Below the pieces are notes generated by a model. The model had not been told where the DNA came from. It saw nothing but the letters and a program-made list of their open reading frames with translations, and ran no database searches. Shown one piece after another: positions 20,123-30,895 of a DNA stretch of 64,000 nt. A program made the translations under genes and the position numbers. The stretch is from Longimicrobiales bacterium (GTDB lineage: Bacteria > Gemmatimonadota > Gemmatimonadetes > Longimicrobiales > Gaopeijiaceae): positions 544,001 to 608,000 of the forward strand of contig CBDAON010000004.1 in NCBI GenBank assembly GCA_965198065.1, given 5' to 3'. Every line of letters begins with the position of its first letter. The first letter of the stretch is position 1.

Positions 20123-20683
20123 TCACTCGCTTCGGGGTGCCAGCTCGGGGACCCCGTCAAGGCTGCCGATATACGGAAGGTGCCGGAAGCTCTCCGCGTG
20201 ATCTAGGCCGTACCCGACGACGAACTCCCCGGGAGCGTCGAAGCCGACCCACCGGGGCTCCTTCTCGAGTCGGACTCTACGCTTGTGGAGGAGAACGCAA
20301 AGCTCAAGGCTCTCCGGCCCCCGCGCCTCGAGCAGGGGCACGACCAAGCCGACGGTGGACCCGGCATCCACGATGTCTTCCACCAAGATAACGTGTCGGT
20401 CCCGGATTCGGACCCCGGGATCGTAGAGGAACTCGACCTCTCCGGACGAGGCGCGTCCGGCCCCGTAGCTCGACGCGATCATGAAGTCCACGTGGAAGGG
20501 GACCTGGATCTCGCGCACGAGGTCCGCGAGGAAGATGAACGAGCCCTTGAGGAGGCCGAGCACCAGGAGGTCGTCCAGACCCTCGTAGTGCCGGGTGATC
20601 TCCAGGCCCATCTCGGTGACCCGCGTGGCGATCTGCTCCCGTGTGTACACGACGCTCCGGACGGTATCAGTCCCCGCCGACAC
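20123..20683 (-). CDS. hpt: Hypoxanthine phosphoribosyltransferase
   Basis: LLKGSFIFLADL, VEDIVDAG, FVVGYGLD; tilS-hpt-ftsH order. Confidence 0.93.
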   Translation of the reverse strand: MSAGTDTVRSVVYTREQIATRVTEMGLEITRHYEGLDDLLVLGLLKGSFIFLADLVREIQVPFHVDFMIASSYGAGRASSGEVEFLYDPGVRIRDRHVILVEDIVDAGSTVGLVVPLLEARGPESLELCVLLHKRRVRLEKEPRWVGFDAPGEFVVGYGLDHAESFRHLPYIGSLDGVPELAPRSE

Positions 20684-22151
20684 ACCGCACCCCCACGTGC
20701 CAGGGCTCCTCGGACCCGAGGGCCCCCGGTGCCGGCCCCCCTTCGCGCCGCACCCGATCGGCCGGAGCCAGGTGCCTGCCGGCAATCCAGATGACCACCT
20801 CCTCGGCGTCCACGAGCAACGGGAGCCGCCCCCGCTCTTCCTTCGGGATGCGAAGCTCACCGAACAGTTTCTTCAGCTTCTTACCTCCTCCAAACGTTCG
20901 GGTGCGGTCCCCGTCCTGCCACGATCGGAGCTGGAGGGGGAAGGCCAACTCCGAGGGGGAGAAGGCGGCCCACTCCCATGCGGGCTCTGCCCCGCCGGCA
21001 CCCTCGGCCGCCCCGACGCCCCAGCGCGCCTCGTAGTCGCGCCCAGAGCAGGCGAACGCCCCGCGTCCGGCCATGACGGAGGAGATCTCTAGGGACCGCC
21101 GTGACCCTCGCCGCCCGATTCGAAGGCGGCCCTCCCGAGCGCCGCCGCCCGCGGGGTCTCGGCTCTCGGGCACCTCGTCCCCATGGCGAGAGGGCGCGCC
21201 CCGCTCCAGCGCGAACTGGTCAAAGGAGCGCCGGATCGTGACTTCTCCCGAGAGCCGAACCTCCCCCCCACTGGAACCTCTCGTCATAAACTGGAGGGCA
21301 GCCTCAGTTCCAGAAACTGACGGAACGAACCCGATGGAGGCACTCAGCCGGCGGAAGACCTCGGTCCTCTCCTCTCCGCCCAGCGCGAGGAAGCGGTCCC
21401 GGTCGATCCTAAGGCCGTCATTCCAGCGCTCGACGACCACCGACTGGACGAGGGGCTCCATGAGCCGGTCCAGAAGAAGCGCCGCGTCGGCCGCGTGGCG
21501 GGCCAGACGGAGCACGCTCTCCCGCGCCCCGGGATGGATGCGCTCGAGGAGGGGCAGGAGCTCATGCCGCACGCGGTTCCGCGCGAAGCGGAGGGAGCGG
21601 TTCGTCGAGTCCTCGCGTGGCCGGAGCTTCCAGTTCCGCACGTAGGCCGCGATCTCCGCGCGCGCGAAAGGAAGCAGGGGCCTGAGGATCCCCGGCTCCC
21701 GCGCTTCCGGGATCCCGCGGAGGCCCTCGAGGCCGCTCCCTCGAGCGAGGCGGAACAGAACGGTCTCGACCTGGTCGTCCGCGTGGTGGGCCGTGACCAC
21801 CCAGCGGGCGCCCGTCCGCGCCCTCACGTCCTCGAGGAACGCGTAGCGGAGATCCCGCGCCTCGCGCTCGGTCCCCGGAGCCTCGGACGCTCGCTCCGTG
21901 TGGAGTGGGACACCCCACGCCGCGGTCAGCCCCGAGAGCCACCTCGCGTCCTCTCCCGAGGCGGCCCGCATGCCGTGGTCGAAATGCGCGGCCTCGACAC
22001 GGAGCCCCAGGCCGGGCAGAGCGAAGCGGACCAGGTGCAGGAGGCCGAGCGAGTCGAGGCCGCCCGAGCACGCGACGATCACGAGATCGCCGGACGAGAC
22101 CCACCCTCGCTCGCCTAGGTGCGCTTCGAAGCGGCCCGGAAGGTCCGTCAC
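20667..22151 (-). CDS. tilS: tRNA(Ile)-lysidine synthetase
   Basis: SGGLDS PP-loop, HFDHG, AHHADDQVET, RPLL, EDSTN, RNRVR. Confidence 0.95.
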   Translation of the reverse strand: MTDLPGRFEAHLGERGWVSSGDLVIVACSGGLDSLGLLHLVRFALPGLGLRVEAAHFDHGMRAASGEDARWLSGLTAAWGVPLHTERASEAPGTEREARDLRYAFLEDVRARTGARWVVTAHHADDQVETVLFRLARGSGLEGLRGIPEAREPGILRPLLPFARAEIAAYVRNWKLRPREDSTNRSLRFARNRVRHELLPLLERIHPGARESVLRLARHAADAALLLDRLMEPLVQSVVVERWNDGLRIDRDRFLALGGEERTEVFRRLSASIGFVPSVSGTEAALQFMTRGSSGGEVRLSGEVTIRRSFDQFALERGAPSRHGDEVPESRDPAGGGAREGRLRIGRRGSRRSLEISSVMAGRGAFACSGRDYEARWGVGAAEGAGGAEPAWEWAAFSPSELAFPLQLRSWQDGDRTRTFGGGKKLKKLFGELRIPKEERGRLPLLVDAEEVVIWIAGRHLAPADRVRREGGPAPGALGSEEPWHVGVRCVGGD

Positions 22152-23005
22152 CGCTCCTCCCCGTCCAGGCCGGGCAATCCGGAGAGACCCGGAGGAAAGG
22201 GGCGCCCCATCTCCTCGTGGAGCACCCGGGCAAGCAGATCCGGACGGTCCGACTGGATCCCGTCCACCCCCCACGAGAGGAGCCTCCGCATGGCGTCCGG
22301 ATCGTCCACAATCCATACGTGGAGGGGGAGGTTTCTCCGGTGAGCCTCCCGGACGAGCCGCGGGGTCACAATCCGGCGCCCCTGCCACCAGTCCGGGAGC
22401 TGGAGCGCATCCGTGCGCGGCGTGTACGGCCCCCCCCCGGGGAGGCGGTGCAGGTAGTAGAAGAGCCGGGCCTGTCTCCGCGTGGCCGACACCGGGCCAC
22501 GGTAACCGAGCCGGTCCGCGCGGCCCTCCTCCTCGGCCGACGCGAGGAGGATCCGGTGGGTCTGCCCCTCCCCGTGAACGAGCTCGACCAGCTTCGCCTG
22601 GACGAGCGGATCCTTCCCGTCCACGTTCATGCGTACGTGCGGTAGCGCGTGGAGCACGTCCAGAAAGCGCGGGATCCGCACCCCCTGTCCCCGGAACGAT
22701 GTCTTCCCCTCCAGGTCCACGAACCGGTATCCGGCGTCCAGCTCCCGAACCCGGCTCCACTGCAGGCCCGACACCCGGCCGGTCCCATCCGTCGTGCGGT
22801 CCACGGTCTCGTCGTGGAGCACCATGAGCTCCCCGTCCCGGGTGCGGCGCACGTCCATCTCCAGGACGTCCGCCCCCCAGACGTCCACTGCCGAGCGGAA
22901 CGCCTCGAGCGTGTTCTCTGGGGCGAGCGCGGAGCCGCCGCGATGAGCGAAGAGGAGTGGGGCGCCCGCCAGGTAACGGTGCCCGGGACGAGGCCGGCCG
23001 ATCAC
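22148..23005 (-). CDS. Glycerophosphodiester phosphodiesterase
   Basis: AHRGG, PENT, EMDV, HDETVDRTT, GVDGIQSD. Confidence 0.92.
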   Translation of the reverse strand: MIGRPRPGHRYLAGAPLLFAHRGGSALAPENTLEAFRSAVDVWGADVLEMDVRRTRDGELMVLHDETVDRTTDGTGRVSGLQWSRVRELDAGYRFVDLEGKTSFRGQGVRIPRFLDVLHALPHVRMNVDGKDPLVQAKLVELVHGEGQTHRILLASAEEEGRADRLGYRGPVSATRRQARLFYYLHRLPGGGPYTPRTDALQLPDWWQGRRIVTPRLVREAHRRNLPLHVWIVDDPDAMRRLLSWGVDGIQSDRPDLLARVLHEEMGRPFPPGLSGLPGLDGEER

Positions 23006-23069
23006 GATGCGTGTCTCGAGTCGGTCGTGGACGCGCCGACGGGACCCGGCCCGCGGGCGGATGAGGTCC

Positions 23070-23573
23070 CTACTCCAGGGTCCCCACGTCCTCGGGGGAA
23101 AGGCGGTGGTACTCGAGGAGCACGCGGTCGAGCAACCCCTCCGTCATGCGCAGCTCGAGCGCGGCCCGGTCGCCCTCCTCTCCGGGGCCACCCGCGGCGT
23201 CGCGCCGGAGCGCGAGGATGCGATCCGAGAGGAAGGCCAGGAAGTCCTCGACCACCTCCGGCCGCGGCTCCGGCTCCTCGGTTGAGCCTTCCAAGACCTC
23301 GGTGAGCAGGAGCCCGCGCACGAGGGCCAGGACCCCCGGGAAGGTCAGCTCCGGGAGCGGCCCCCCCTCCATGCGCTCCTCTTCGGTGACGTTCTCCCAT
23401 TCCAGATCGTTCCAGTAGAGCTCCTGGAGCTCCTCCAGAAGATGACGTCGTCCCTCCACGGGAAGGGCGGCCCCCACAGTTCCGCCGGGCACACGCAGCG
23501 GCCGGCCTATCGCCTCCTGGAGCAGCCGCCGGCGCTCCTCGATGAGCTGGGTCGTCTGTTTCGAGCTGGGCAT
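23070..23573 (-). CDS. Hypothetical protein
   Basis: Natural composition (ELYWNDLEWE...) and GC3-rich codons; co-oriented with the operon. Confidence 0.75.
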   Translation of the reverse strand: MPSSKQTTQLIEERRRLLQEAIGRPLRVPGGTVGAALPVEGRRHLLEELQELYWNDLEWENVTEEERMEGGPLPELTFPGVLALVRGLLLTEVLEGSTEEPEPRPEVVEDFLAFLSDRILALRRDAAGGPGEEGDRAALELRMTEGLLDRVLLEYHRLSPEDVGTLE

Positions 23574-23788
23574 GGGAAGTCCAACTTACGGAGGCGTCCT
23601 TCCGCGGCCAAGGAAGGTCTAGCCTTCCGAGTCAGGCCTTCTAGCCGTCTTCCTCCTCAGCTTCAAGCGTTACGTACACGGGGATTCGTGCGACGGTGCT
23701 CCAACCTCCACTGGGATCTCGATAGGGGGAGCCCCTCCGGAAGGAGGATCCCATCTCGTAAAGCCTTGCTTTTGGGGGCTTTCCAGAA

Positions 23789-23827
23789 ATGCCGGAGGAG
23801 GGACTCGAACCCCCGACACGCGGATTA
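23789..23827 (-). repeat. att copy: duplicated 3' half of tRNA-Met
   Basis: ATGCCGGAGGAGGGACTCGAACCCCCGACACGCGGATTA is identical to 36023-36061. Confidence 0.95.
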
Positions 23828-23891
23828 GATTGCGAAACCACGACTTACCTTGTGAGTGCTCCTGTTCGGCCACCGAATCTCCTGCAATCAC

Positions 23892-24167
23892 TTAGAGCGT
23901 TGTTGCGCACTGGAACTTCCGCCGCTCTACGCCTTGTTCTGGAACGTCAGTGAACAAAGTCTGACACGCCACCTCGCCGTCGCCGATCCCACGTTCGAGG
24001 CGGTAGAGGCCCTCAAGGATAGCGTACAGGCGGGTGATGGGGTCGGCGTCTTCTCGCGACAACGTCCCGGTGGGGACGGCTGCCTCGCGGAGCCAGAGCA
24101 GGAGGCCATCCCAGGCCTCGAAAAAGTGGACACCTAGGTCACGCGGCCTGACGTAGTCGCTCCTCAT
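23892..24167 (-). other. Short ORF or gene remnant of unknown origin at the island end
   Basis: 91-aa ORF with plausible composition and no recognised motif. Confidence 0.25.
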
Positions 24168-24298
24168 AGGCGATCGGACTCAGATACCCGAGGGTCGAGT
24201 GCCGTCGCTCCCGATTGCACCAACCCATCGATGTACTCTACGAGAGCTCGGGTAAGCCCTCCGCGGGTGGGCCAATACGAGGCTGATCTTCGACATAT

Positions 24299-24691
24299 TT
24301 GAGGCAATTGACGCGAACGCTTGTTGCCCTCATGATGCATCTTATGTGGTTCTCACGACAGTTCCGTTCCGTGACGGCATCGTTTCTGATCGCGTTGGTC
24401 TGCGCGCTCTCCACCGGTGTGCCCTCGCATCATCATGAGCGGTCCGATGACTCGCACGGCACAGTTCATGTTATCGGCCCTGACCATCACTCGCACGGCA
24501 CCATCCTCGTCGAGCAGGCGGAACGGGTTTCGTCCAGCCCGCCCCAACTCATCGCGGTGGTGGCATCCGGTTCGGAACCAATACCTGCAGCGGTATCCAG
24601 CGTAGTCCAGCAACGCCGGGAGCCAATCCGCCCCAGGGAACGGGCCCCACCGCCCAACAACGCCCCCCGCGCCCCGCCGCACCTCTCCTGA
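24299..24691 (+). CDS. His-rich secreted leader protein ending in RAPP motifs (DUF2946/CzcI-like)
   Basis: Hydrophobic N-region, HHH..H..H..HHSH, C-terminus RERAPPPNNAPRAPPHLS; start uncertain (alternative ATGs at about 24332-24345). Confidence 0.75.
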   Translation: MRQLTRTLVALMMHLMWFSRQFRSVTASFLIALVCALSTGVPSHHHERSDDSHGTVHVIGPDHHSHGTILVEQAERVSSSPPQLIAVVASGSEPIPAAVSSVVQQRREPIRPRERAPPPNNAPRAPPHLS

Positions 24692-24789
24692 CCGAACGGC
24701 CGGCCCGAGCCAGGCCGGCGCGTCTCCACACATCTGGACTCCTCGCAGCCCCTCCTTCGGGGGGTGCGAGGTCACAGGAGAAGGGATAG

Positions 24790-26086
24790 GTGAATACCAA
24801 AACGAACGCCACGATCTTAGTCGGAGCCTTGCTCCTCGGTCTCATGATCTTTCCCCGATCTGTGATTGCCCAAGTTGCGGCAGAAGGTGCCGTCAACCAA
24901 CAGAACCAGTTTCGACGGATCACTTTCGATGAGGTGCTTGGGCTGCTGGGGGCAAACCTGGGACTCCGCATAGCACGGTTGGAGGCCGAGGCGATAGCTC
25001 GCCAATCAAAAGCCTACCCTAACCCAGCATTCACAGCGAGCCATGAGACCCTCGATGCGACCGGCGAGTTGTCCGAGAGTTACCTCACCCTATCGCAGCG
25101 GTTGGAGTGGCCGGGAAGCCGTAGTGCGCGCCAGACCATGGCGAGCGAGAACGCATTAGCAGCGTCGACTCGCGTGGCAGCCGATAGCGCTCTTTTGGGA
25201 TTTCGTGTGAAGCGCGCGTACGTCGAGGCGGCGCGGGCCGAAACGTACACCGACATTCTTGAGCGCGTGGCAACGGTCTTCCGACAAGCTGTAGAAAGGG
25301 CAGGGGAGCGATACGATGAAGGTGACGTATCGCTCTACGATCTCCGCCGCATTGAGGTCGAACGGGTGCGCTACGAGGCCTCCCTTGCTGATGCTCTCCT
25401 CGATCTCAGTTCGGCGCGCCGCGAGTTGGCTCTCCTGGTTGCCCCTGAAACGGGTGACCTCCAGCTCGCGCCCGCCGCTGCCCCTGTGGGCATGCCCCCT
25501 TTCTTGGATCTAGATCAGCTGCAGGTATTGGCAGTTAGCCGGCGTCCAGAGATCGCAGCTGTGCAAGCGGACATTAGGTCCGCGCAGGCCGAGGTCAGGG
25601 GGCTCCGGGCTCAACGCATTCCCGATCTGACGGCGACCGGCGGATTCAGGCGTCAGTCCGATGGGTTCAACGGGCTGTTCCTCGGGATGTCGGTCCCGCT
25701 TCCTCTCTGGAATCGTTCTGCGGACGCCATCGAAGCTGCAGACGCCCGAGTCACAGGAGACCAGACGCTTCTAGCCCTCACGCGGCGGGAGATTGAGAAC
25801 GATGCGTGGAGCGCCCTGGACGCGTACCGCTCCCAGGTTCAGCGGGCGGAGCTTATTTCGGGTGAGGGCGGAGCCCAGACGACCGATCTCTTGGATGTCG
25901 CTCAGGTCGCGTACGATGCGGGTGAGATGGAGTTGATCGAGCTCCTGGAATGCGGCCGAGGCCTTTCGTGATGCAGAGACAGCAACTATTCGCATTCGAT
26001 CCGATGTATGGATCAGCTACTACGATCTCGAGCGAGCCGTTGGTGGATCCGGCGATCTCTCGGGGCAAGGGGAGGACGACGAATGA
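24790..26086 (+). CDS. TolC/CzcC-family outer-membrane factor (apparent extra A at about 25950)
   Basis: YPNP, LSQRLEW, RPEI, IPDLT, VPLPLWNR; continues DAAEAF...DLERAVG to TGA 26086, which overlaps the next ATG. Confidence 0.9.
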
Positions 26087-27615
26087 TTGAGCGTAAGAGG
26101 CGCACGAAAGCTGGACTGCGCGGTGCGACGAGCCGGGTGGTCCTGACTTTGTTCGTAGGTGTAGCCCCACTCGCAAGCGTGGGTTGTGAGCAGGAGCCGG
26201 CGGCGGAGACTCTCGAGCCCGGAATCGGCTCGGTCGTCGTGAGTCAGTGGAATGAATCCACGGAGCTCTTCCTCGAGTACCCGCACCTTGTCGCAGGGCA
26301 GCCTACGGGGAATTGGGCGATCCACCTGACGAGCATGGAGACCTTCGAGCCGATCCGCTCTGGGAGTCTCGTTGTCAACTTCCTCTCGGCCGAGTCGGTC
26401 CAAGCGTCGTTCCCGATTGAGGGCGTGGCGCGGGACGGAATCTTCCTCCTGGATCCGGTCGTTGCAACGCCCGGCCATTACCGCGTGGAGCTTGCTCTGG
26501 AGAGTCCGCAGGCGCGGAGCACGCATGTCCTTCCCGACGTCCAGGTATTTGCGAGCGAATCGGACGCGCCTCTGGCGGAAGAGGAGGAGGAAGGGGGAGG
26601 TATCGCCTTCCTAAAGGAACAACAGTGGCAGATGCCGTGGGCGGTCACGCCAGCCGCTACGGGCTCGATCCTCGGGACCATCGCGGTGCCGGGCGAGGTC
26701 GTCGCCCCGGACGGCGCTCTGGTGCAAGTCGGGGCGCCTGTGGCCGGGATTGCGCTGGAAGAGTCCAACCGGACCGCTCCTTCTGTCGGACAGAACGTCA
26801 CCAGGGGACAGGTCCTCGCGGTGCTCGCGCCGACCGCGCAGGAGGGAGGGTTCGCACGGACGGTCGCGACCGTTCAACGGCTCGAAAGAGAGGTGCAGCG
26901 GGCCGAGCAGCTGGTTGAGGCTGGCGCAATTCCGCGGCGACGGCTCGAGGAGGCACGTTACGATCTCGAGGTTGCCAGGGCTGAGGCGGAAGCTATGGGC
27001 GCCTCGGCTTCCGATGGCCCTTCGCGGCTTCAACTCACCTCGCCGATGACCGGTGTGGTAGCGACCCGCAGCTTCATTCCGGGAGGGCGAGTCGAGGCAG
27101 GCGAACCGCTGTTCACGATCGTCGACTCGGGGGCGGCTTGGCTCCGCCTAGCCGTTCCGGCCGAGATTGTGTCGTCTGTACTCGAGGGCGCCTCGGGAAG
27201 GTACCGTCTCGAAGGGTCCGAGGAGGTACGTGAGACGGGACGCCTCGTGTCGATCGGTAGGATCATGGATTCGCAGACGCGCACGGTTCCAGTCGTTTTC
27301 GACGTGTCAGCGACGAGTGACCGGTTCTTTTATGGACAACTAGCGGAAGGCTTCGTTCCTCTAGGCGGGGAAGCTTCCGGAATCGTCATTCCAAACGAGG
27401 CGATCATCGACGACAACGGTACGGACGTAGCCTATGTCCAAACTGGGGGCGAGACCTTCGAGCGCCGGATCCTCGCGCTCGGCCCCACGGACGGAACTCA
27501 CACGTTGGTGCAGGCAGGGATCACTCCGGGAGAACTGATCGTTGTGAAAGGCGCCTATCAGGTCCGGCTCGCCTCGATGTCCGGCAGTGAATTCGCCGGT
27601 GCCCATGCCCATTGA
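26083..27615 (+). CDS. Heavy-metal RND periplasmic adaptor (CzcB/CusB-like)
   Basis: ELFLEYP, IAFLKEQQW, LTSPMTG, TRTVPV, VAYVQTGGETFERR, terminal HAH. Confidence 0.92.
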   Translation: MIERKRRTKAGLRGATSRVVLTLFVGVAPLASVGCEQEPAAETLEPGIGSVVVSQWNESTELFLEYPHLVAGQPTGNWAIHLTSMETFEPIRSGSLVVNFLSAESVQASFPIEGVARDGIFLLDPVVATPGHYRVELALESPQARSTHVLPDVQVFASESDAPLAEEEEEGGGIAFLKEQQWQMPWAVTPAATGSILGTIAVPGEVVAPDGALVQVGAPVAGIALEESNRTAPSVGQNVTRGQVLAVLAPTAQEGGFARTVATVQRLEREVQRAEQLVEAGAIPRRRLEEARYDLEVARAEAEAMGASASDGPSRLQLTSPMTGVVATRSFIPGGRVEAGEPLFTIVDSGAAWLRLAVPAEIVSSVLEGASGRYRLEGSEEVRETGRLVSIGRIMDSQTRTVPVVFDVSATSDRFFYGQLAEGFVPLGGEASGIVIPNEAIIDDNGTDVAYVQTGGETFERRILALGPTDGTHTLVQAGITPGELIVVKGAYQVRLASMSGSEFAGAHAH

Positions 27616-27625
27616 GAGGCCGACC

Positions 27626-30600
27626 ATGATCCCAGGAATAATCGGCTGGTCCATTCGGAATCGATTCTTGGTTCTAGCTGCGGCCAGCCTACTGCTGGTT
27701 TCTGGGATAATAACGGCACTTAGAATGCCGGTGGATGTGTTCCCGGACCTAACGGCACCCACGGTGACCGTCTTGACCGAAGCCCACGGGATGGCTCCTG
27801 AAGAGGTGGAAACTCTGGTCACTTTCCCAATCGAAACCTCCGTTAACGGTGCAACGGGCGTTCGGCGGGTCCGTTCGTCCACCGCCCAAGGAATCAGCAT
27901 CGTATGGGTCGAATTTGAGTGGGGAACCGACATCTTCCAGGCCCGGCAGATTGTGGCTGAAAGGCTTCAACTCGTGGGTCAGTCGCTCCCCGTCGGTGTG
28001 CTCCCGCCAGCCCTCGCCCCCATCTCGTCGATCATGGGTGAGATTATGCTGATCGCGGTTACGGCAGATGAGTCCACGTCCCTCATGGAAGCAAGAACAT
28101 TTGCGGACTGGGTCGTTCGTCCCCGACTTCTTGCGGTCCCTGGTGTGTCCCAGGTGATTCCGCTCGGAGGGGAGGTTCGACAGTACCAGATTCTGGTGGA
28201 TCCGACGCGGCTTGCAGCTTACGGGGTGACGCTCGATGAGGTGATGAGGGCCGCGGAAGAGTCCAACGTGAACGCTTCGGGTGGCGTGTTCATGGCCGGA
28301 GGTCAGGAGTACCTGATCCGTGGGACTGGGCGTGTGGAGAAGCTGGATGACATCGCGGGAACGGTGGTCGCCGTACGAGACGGGACTCCGGTCCTGATCG
28401 GGAATGTAGCAGACACCCGCATAGGGCCTGCTACTCAATTGGGCAGAGGATCTGCGAACGCCGAGGCTGCGGTGGTCCTATCCATTCAGAAGCAACCGAA
28501 TACCAACACTTTGGAGCTCACGGACCGCATCGACGAGTCCCTCACGGATATCGAGGAGGGTCTTCCCCCGGGTCTCCAGATTAACCGCGGAATCTTCCGA
28601 CAGGGAAACTTCATAGAATTGGCAGTCGACAACGTGCTGGAGGCCCTGAGAGATGGGGCGGTTCTCGTCGTTCTGATCTTGTTCCTCTTTCTCTGGAGCG
28701 GACGCAGCACGTTCATTTCGGCTTTGGCCATCCCCCTCTCCTTCGCGACTGCGATCTTTGCGCTGCGCCTTTCAGGCATCACGATAAACACGATGACGCT
28801 AGGCGGGATGGCGATCGCGATCGGCGCCCTGGTCGATGATGCGGTGATCGGCGTAGAGAACGTGTTCCGAAGGCTTCGCGAAAACCGTGCGCTTCCGCCC
28901 GAAGAAGCGAAACCTTCCCTTGAGGTGGTAAGCTTTGCGTCGTCGGAGATCGGACCAAGCATCGTGAGCGCCAGCTTCATTATTAGTGTCGTCTTCGTCC
29001 CCCTCTTCTTTCTGAGCGGAATCGAGGGGCGGATGCTTGTGCCTCTTGGCTTCTCCTACATCGTGGCAATCATGGCCTCGCTCGTCGTCGCTCTCACGGT
29101 TACGCCCGCACTGGCTGCTATTCTCTTGCCGGGCTCTCCGGAGGTCGAGCGCGAGCGAGAGAGTTGGGTCAGCCGGACCCTCAAGGCCGCATATGCGCGA
29201 ATTCTGGACCCCCTCCTCGATCGCCTAATCCCGGTGCTTCTGGGTACGACCGGGCTCGTGGCTGCCGCGCTCGTGATGGTCGGGTTCATGGGACGGGACT
29301 TCCTCCCTGAGTTTAGAGAGGGGACCCTCGTCATCCAGGCGATAACGCTGCCAGGAACGTCGCTGGATGAATCCGATGCCCTAGGCCGGAGGATAGAAGA
29401 AATTCTGCTGAGCCATCCCGCTGTGGAGGAGACGGGACGCCGCACCGGGCGAGCAGAGCTGGACGAACACGCGCAAGGAACCAATGCAGCTGAAATCGAT
29501 GTGCGACTGAACCTGGAAGGGTACGACTACGACGTTGTCCTTGCCGAGCTAAGAGAGGCGGTGGCCATGGTTCCGGGTACGGAAGTCACGATCGGCCAGC
29601 CTATCCGACACCGCATAGACCACATGCTCTCCGGGACACGGGCAAGTATCGCGATCAATATCTTTGGCCCGGAACTTCGGGAGCTGCGCAGAATCGGCCG
29701 TGAGGTAGAATCCGTTGCCGCGAGCGTGCCCGGAACAGCTGATGTTGCAATGGAGCCCCAAGCAGATGTCCCGCAGGTCCGCGTCATAATGAACCGCGCG
29801 GCAATGGCCCGCTACGGCATGACTCCAGGGCGTCTCGGCGAAGCCATCGATGTAGCCTTCGCCGGAGAAGCGGTCTCGCGTGTGCTGGAGGGACAGCAGA
29901 GCTTCGATATCCTGGTGCGCTTCGCCGAGCCGTACCGCGGTTCGATCGAGAACATTGCGAACTCTCGGGTCAATACCCCGTCTGGCGCCCAGGTCCCTCT
30001 GACTTCCCTGGCCACGATCCGGCGCGACATGGGACCCAACCAGATCTCTCGGGAGAACGTGCAGCGAAAGATCGTCGTACAGTCGAACGTTGCTGGTCGG
30101 GATGTGGGGAGTGTGGTAGAAGAACTGCGCGAGCGGATCTCTCAAGAGGTGAGCCTTTCCCAGGACTATTACATCGAGTATGGGGGCCAGTTCGAGTCTG
30201 CGGAGTCGGCTTCCCGGACCATCGGCGGGCTTTCCCTGCTGGCGGTTGCGCTGATGTTTCTCCTCCTCTTCATGGAGTTCCAGTCGGTCCGTCAGGCAAT
30301 TCTAATCATGGTCAATCTTCCTTTGGCCCTCGTCGGTGGCGTCTTTGCGGTGATGTTGACAGGGGGAATACTCAACGTCGCCACCATGGTCGGCTTCATC
30401 ACCTTGTTCGGAATCGCCGTGCGGAACGGGATTCTTCTGGTGTCGCACTACAATCACCTGCTCGGAGAAGGCTTCTCGCTTCGTGAGGCGGTATGGAAGG
30501 GTTCTATGGAGAGGCTCAATCCGATAGCCATGACGGCACTTACGACAGGGCTTGCTCTCGTTCCGCTGGCTCTCGCAGGAGGCGATGCGGGTAACGAGAT

Positions 30601-30721
30601 CCAGAGTCCCTTGGCGATTGTCGTCCTGGGGGGACTACTCACCGCTCTCGTGCTCAACATGATCGTGGTGCCGGCGCTGTTCTTGAGGTTTGGGATTCCG
30701 CGTCCCGTGGTAGCTCTGTAA
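27626..30721 (+). CDS. CusA/CzcA-family heavy-metal efflux RND permease
   Basis: PVDVFPD, GMAPEEVE, AIGALVDDAVIGVEN, FLPEFREG, GRAELDEH, GFITLFGIAVRNG, ERLNPI. Confidence 0.96.
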   Translation: MIPGIIGWSIRNRFLVLAAASLLLVSGIITALRMPVDVFPDLTAPTVTVLTEAHGMAPEEVETLVTFPIETSVNGATGVRRVRSSTAQGISIVWVEFEWGTDIFQARQIVAERLQLVGQSLPVGVLPPALAPISSIMGEIMLIAVTADESTSLMEARTFADWVVRPRLLAVPGVSQVIPLGGEVRQYQILVDPTRLAAYGVTLDEVMRAAEESNVNASGGVFMAGGQEYLIRGTGRVEKLDDIAGTVVAVRDGTPVLIGNVADTRIGPATQLGRGSANAEAAVVLSIQKQPNTNTLELTDRIDESLTDIEEGLPPGLQINRGIFRQGNFIELAVDNVLEALRDGAVLVVLILFLFLWSGRSTFISALAIPLSFATAIFALRLSGITINTMTLGGMAIAIGALVDDAVIGVENVFRRLRENRALPPEEAKPSLEVVSFASSEIGPSIVSASFIISVVFVPLFFLSGIEGRMLVPLGFSYIVAIMASLVVALTVTPALAAILLPGSPEVERERESWVSRTLKAAYARILDPLLDRLIPVLLGTTGLVAAALVMVGFMGRDFLPEFREGTLVIQAITLPGTSLDESDALGRRIEEILLSHPAVEETGRRTGRAELDEHAQGTNAAEIDVRLNLEGYDYDVVLAELREAVAMVPGTEVTIGQPIRHRIDHMLSGTRASIAINIFGPELRELRRIGREVESVAASVPGTADVAMEPQADVPQVRVIMNRAAMARYGMTPGRLGEAIDVAFAGEAVSRVLEGQQSFDILVRFAEPYRGSIENIANSRVNTPSGAQVPLTSLATIRRDMGPNQISRENVQRKIVVQSNVAGRDVGSVVEELRERISQEVSLSQDYYIEYGGQFESAESASRTIGGLSLLAVALMFLLLFMEFQSVRQAILIMVNLPLALVGGVFAVMLTGGILNVATMVGFITLFGIAVRNGILLVSHYNHLLGEGFSLREAVWKGSMERLNPIAMTALTTGLALVPLALAGGDAGNEIQSPLAIVVLGGLLTALVLNMIVVPALFLRFGIPRPVVAL

Positions 30722-30895
30722 TGCCGCGTCGCCGCGGCCCGCCAGCCCCCCACGGGGCCTCGGGACACATGCCCTGGGGCTGAAGTCAACGAATCGGCAA
30801 CAGCTAAGGAAGCGAGGTAATAGGTCGGTTTGAGGCCGAGCGGGAATCGTGTTGGGGTCCGCGTGCTGGTAGGATTTCCTGAGCGCCGCGGGGCG

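Noticed and set aside
23789..23835. Second functional tRNA
   Set aside because: Only the 3' half is present; D-arm and 5' acceptor strand are missing
23892..24167. Integrase remnant
   Set aside because: No R-H-x-x-R-H-Y or serine-recombinase motif is visible
25940..25975. Programmed frameshift in the TolC gene
   Set aside because: No slippery heptamer; same extra-A pattern as other probable errors
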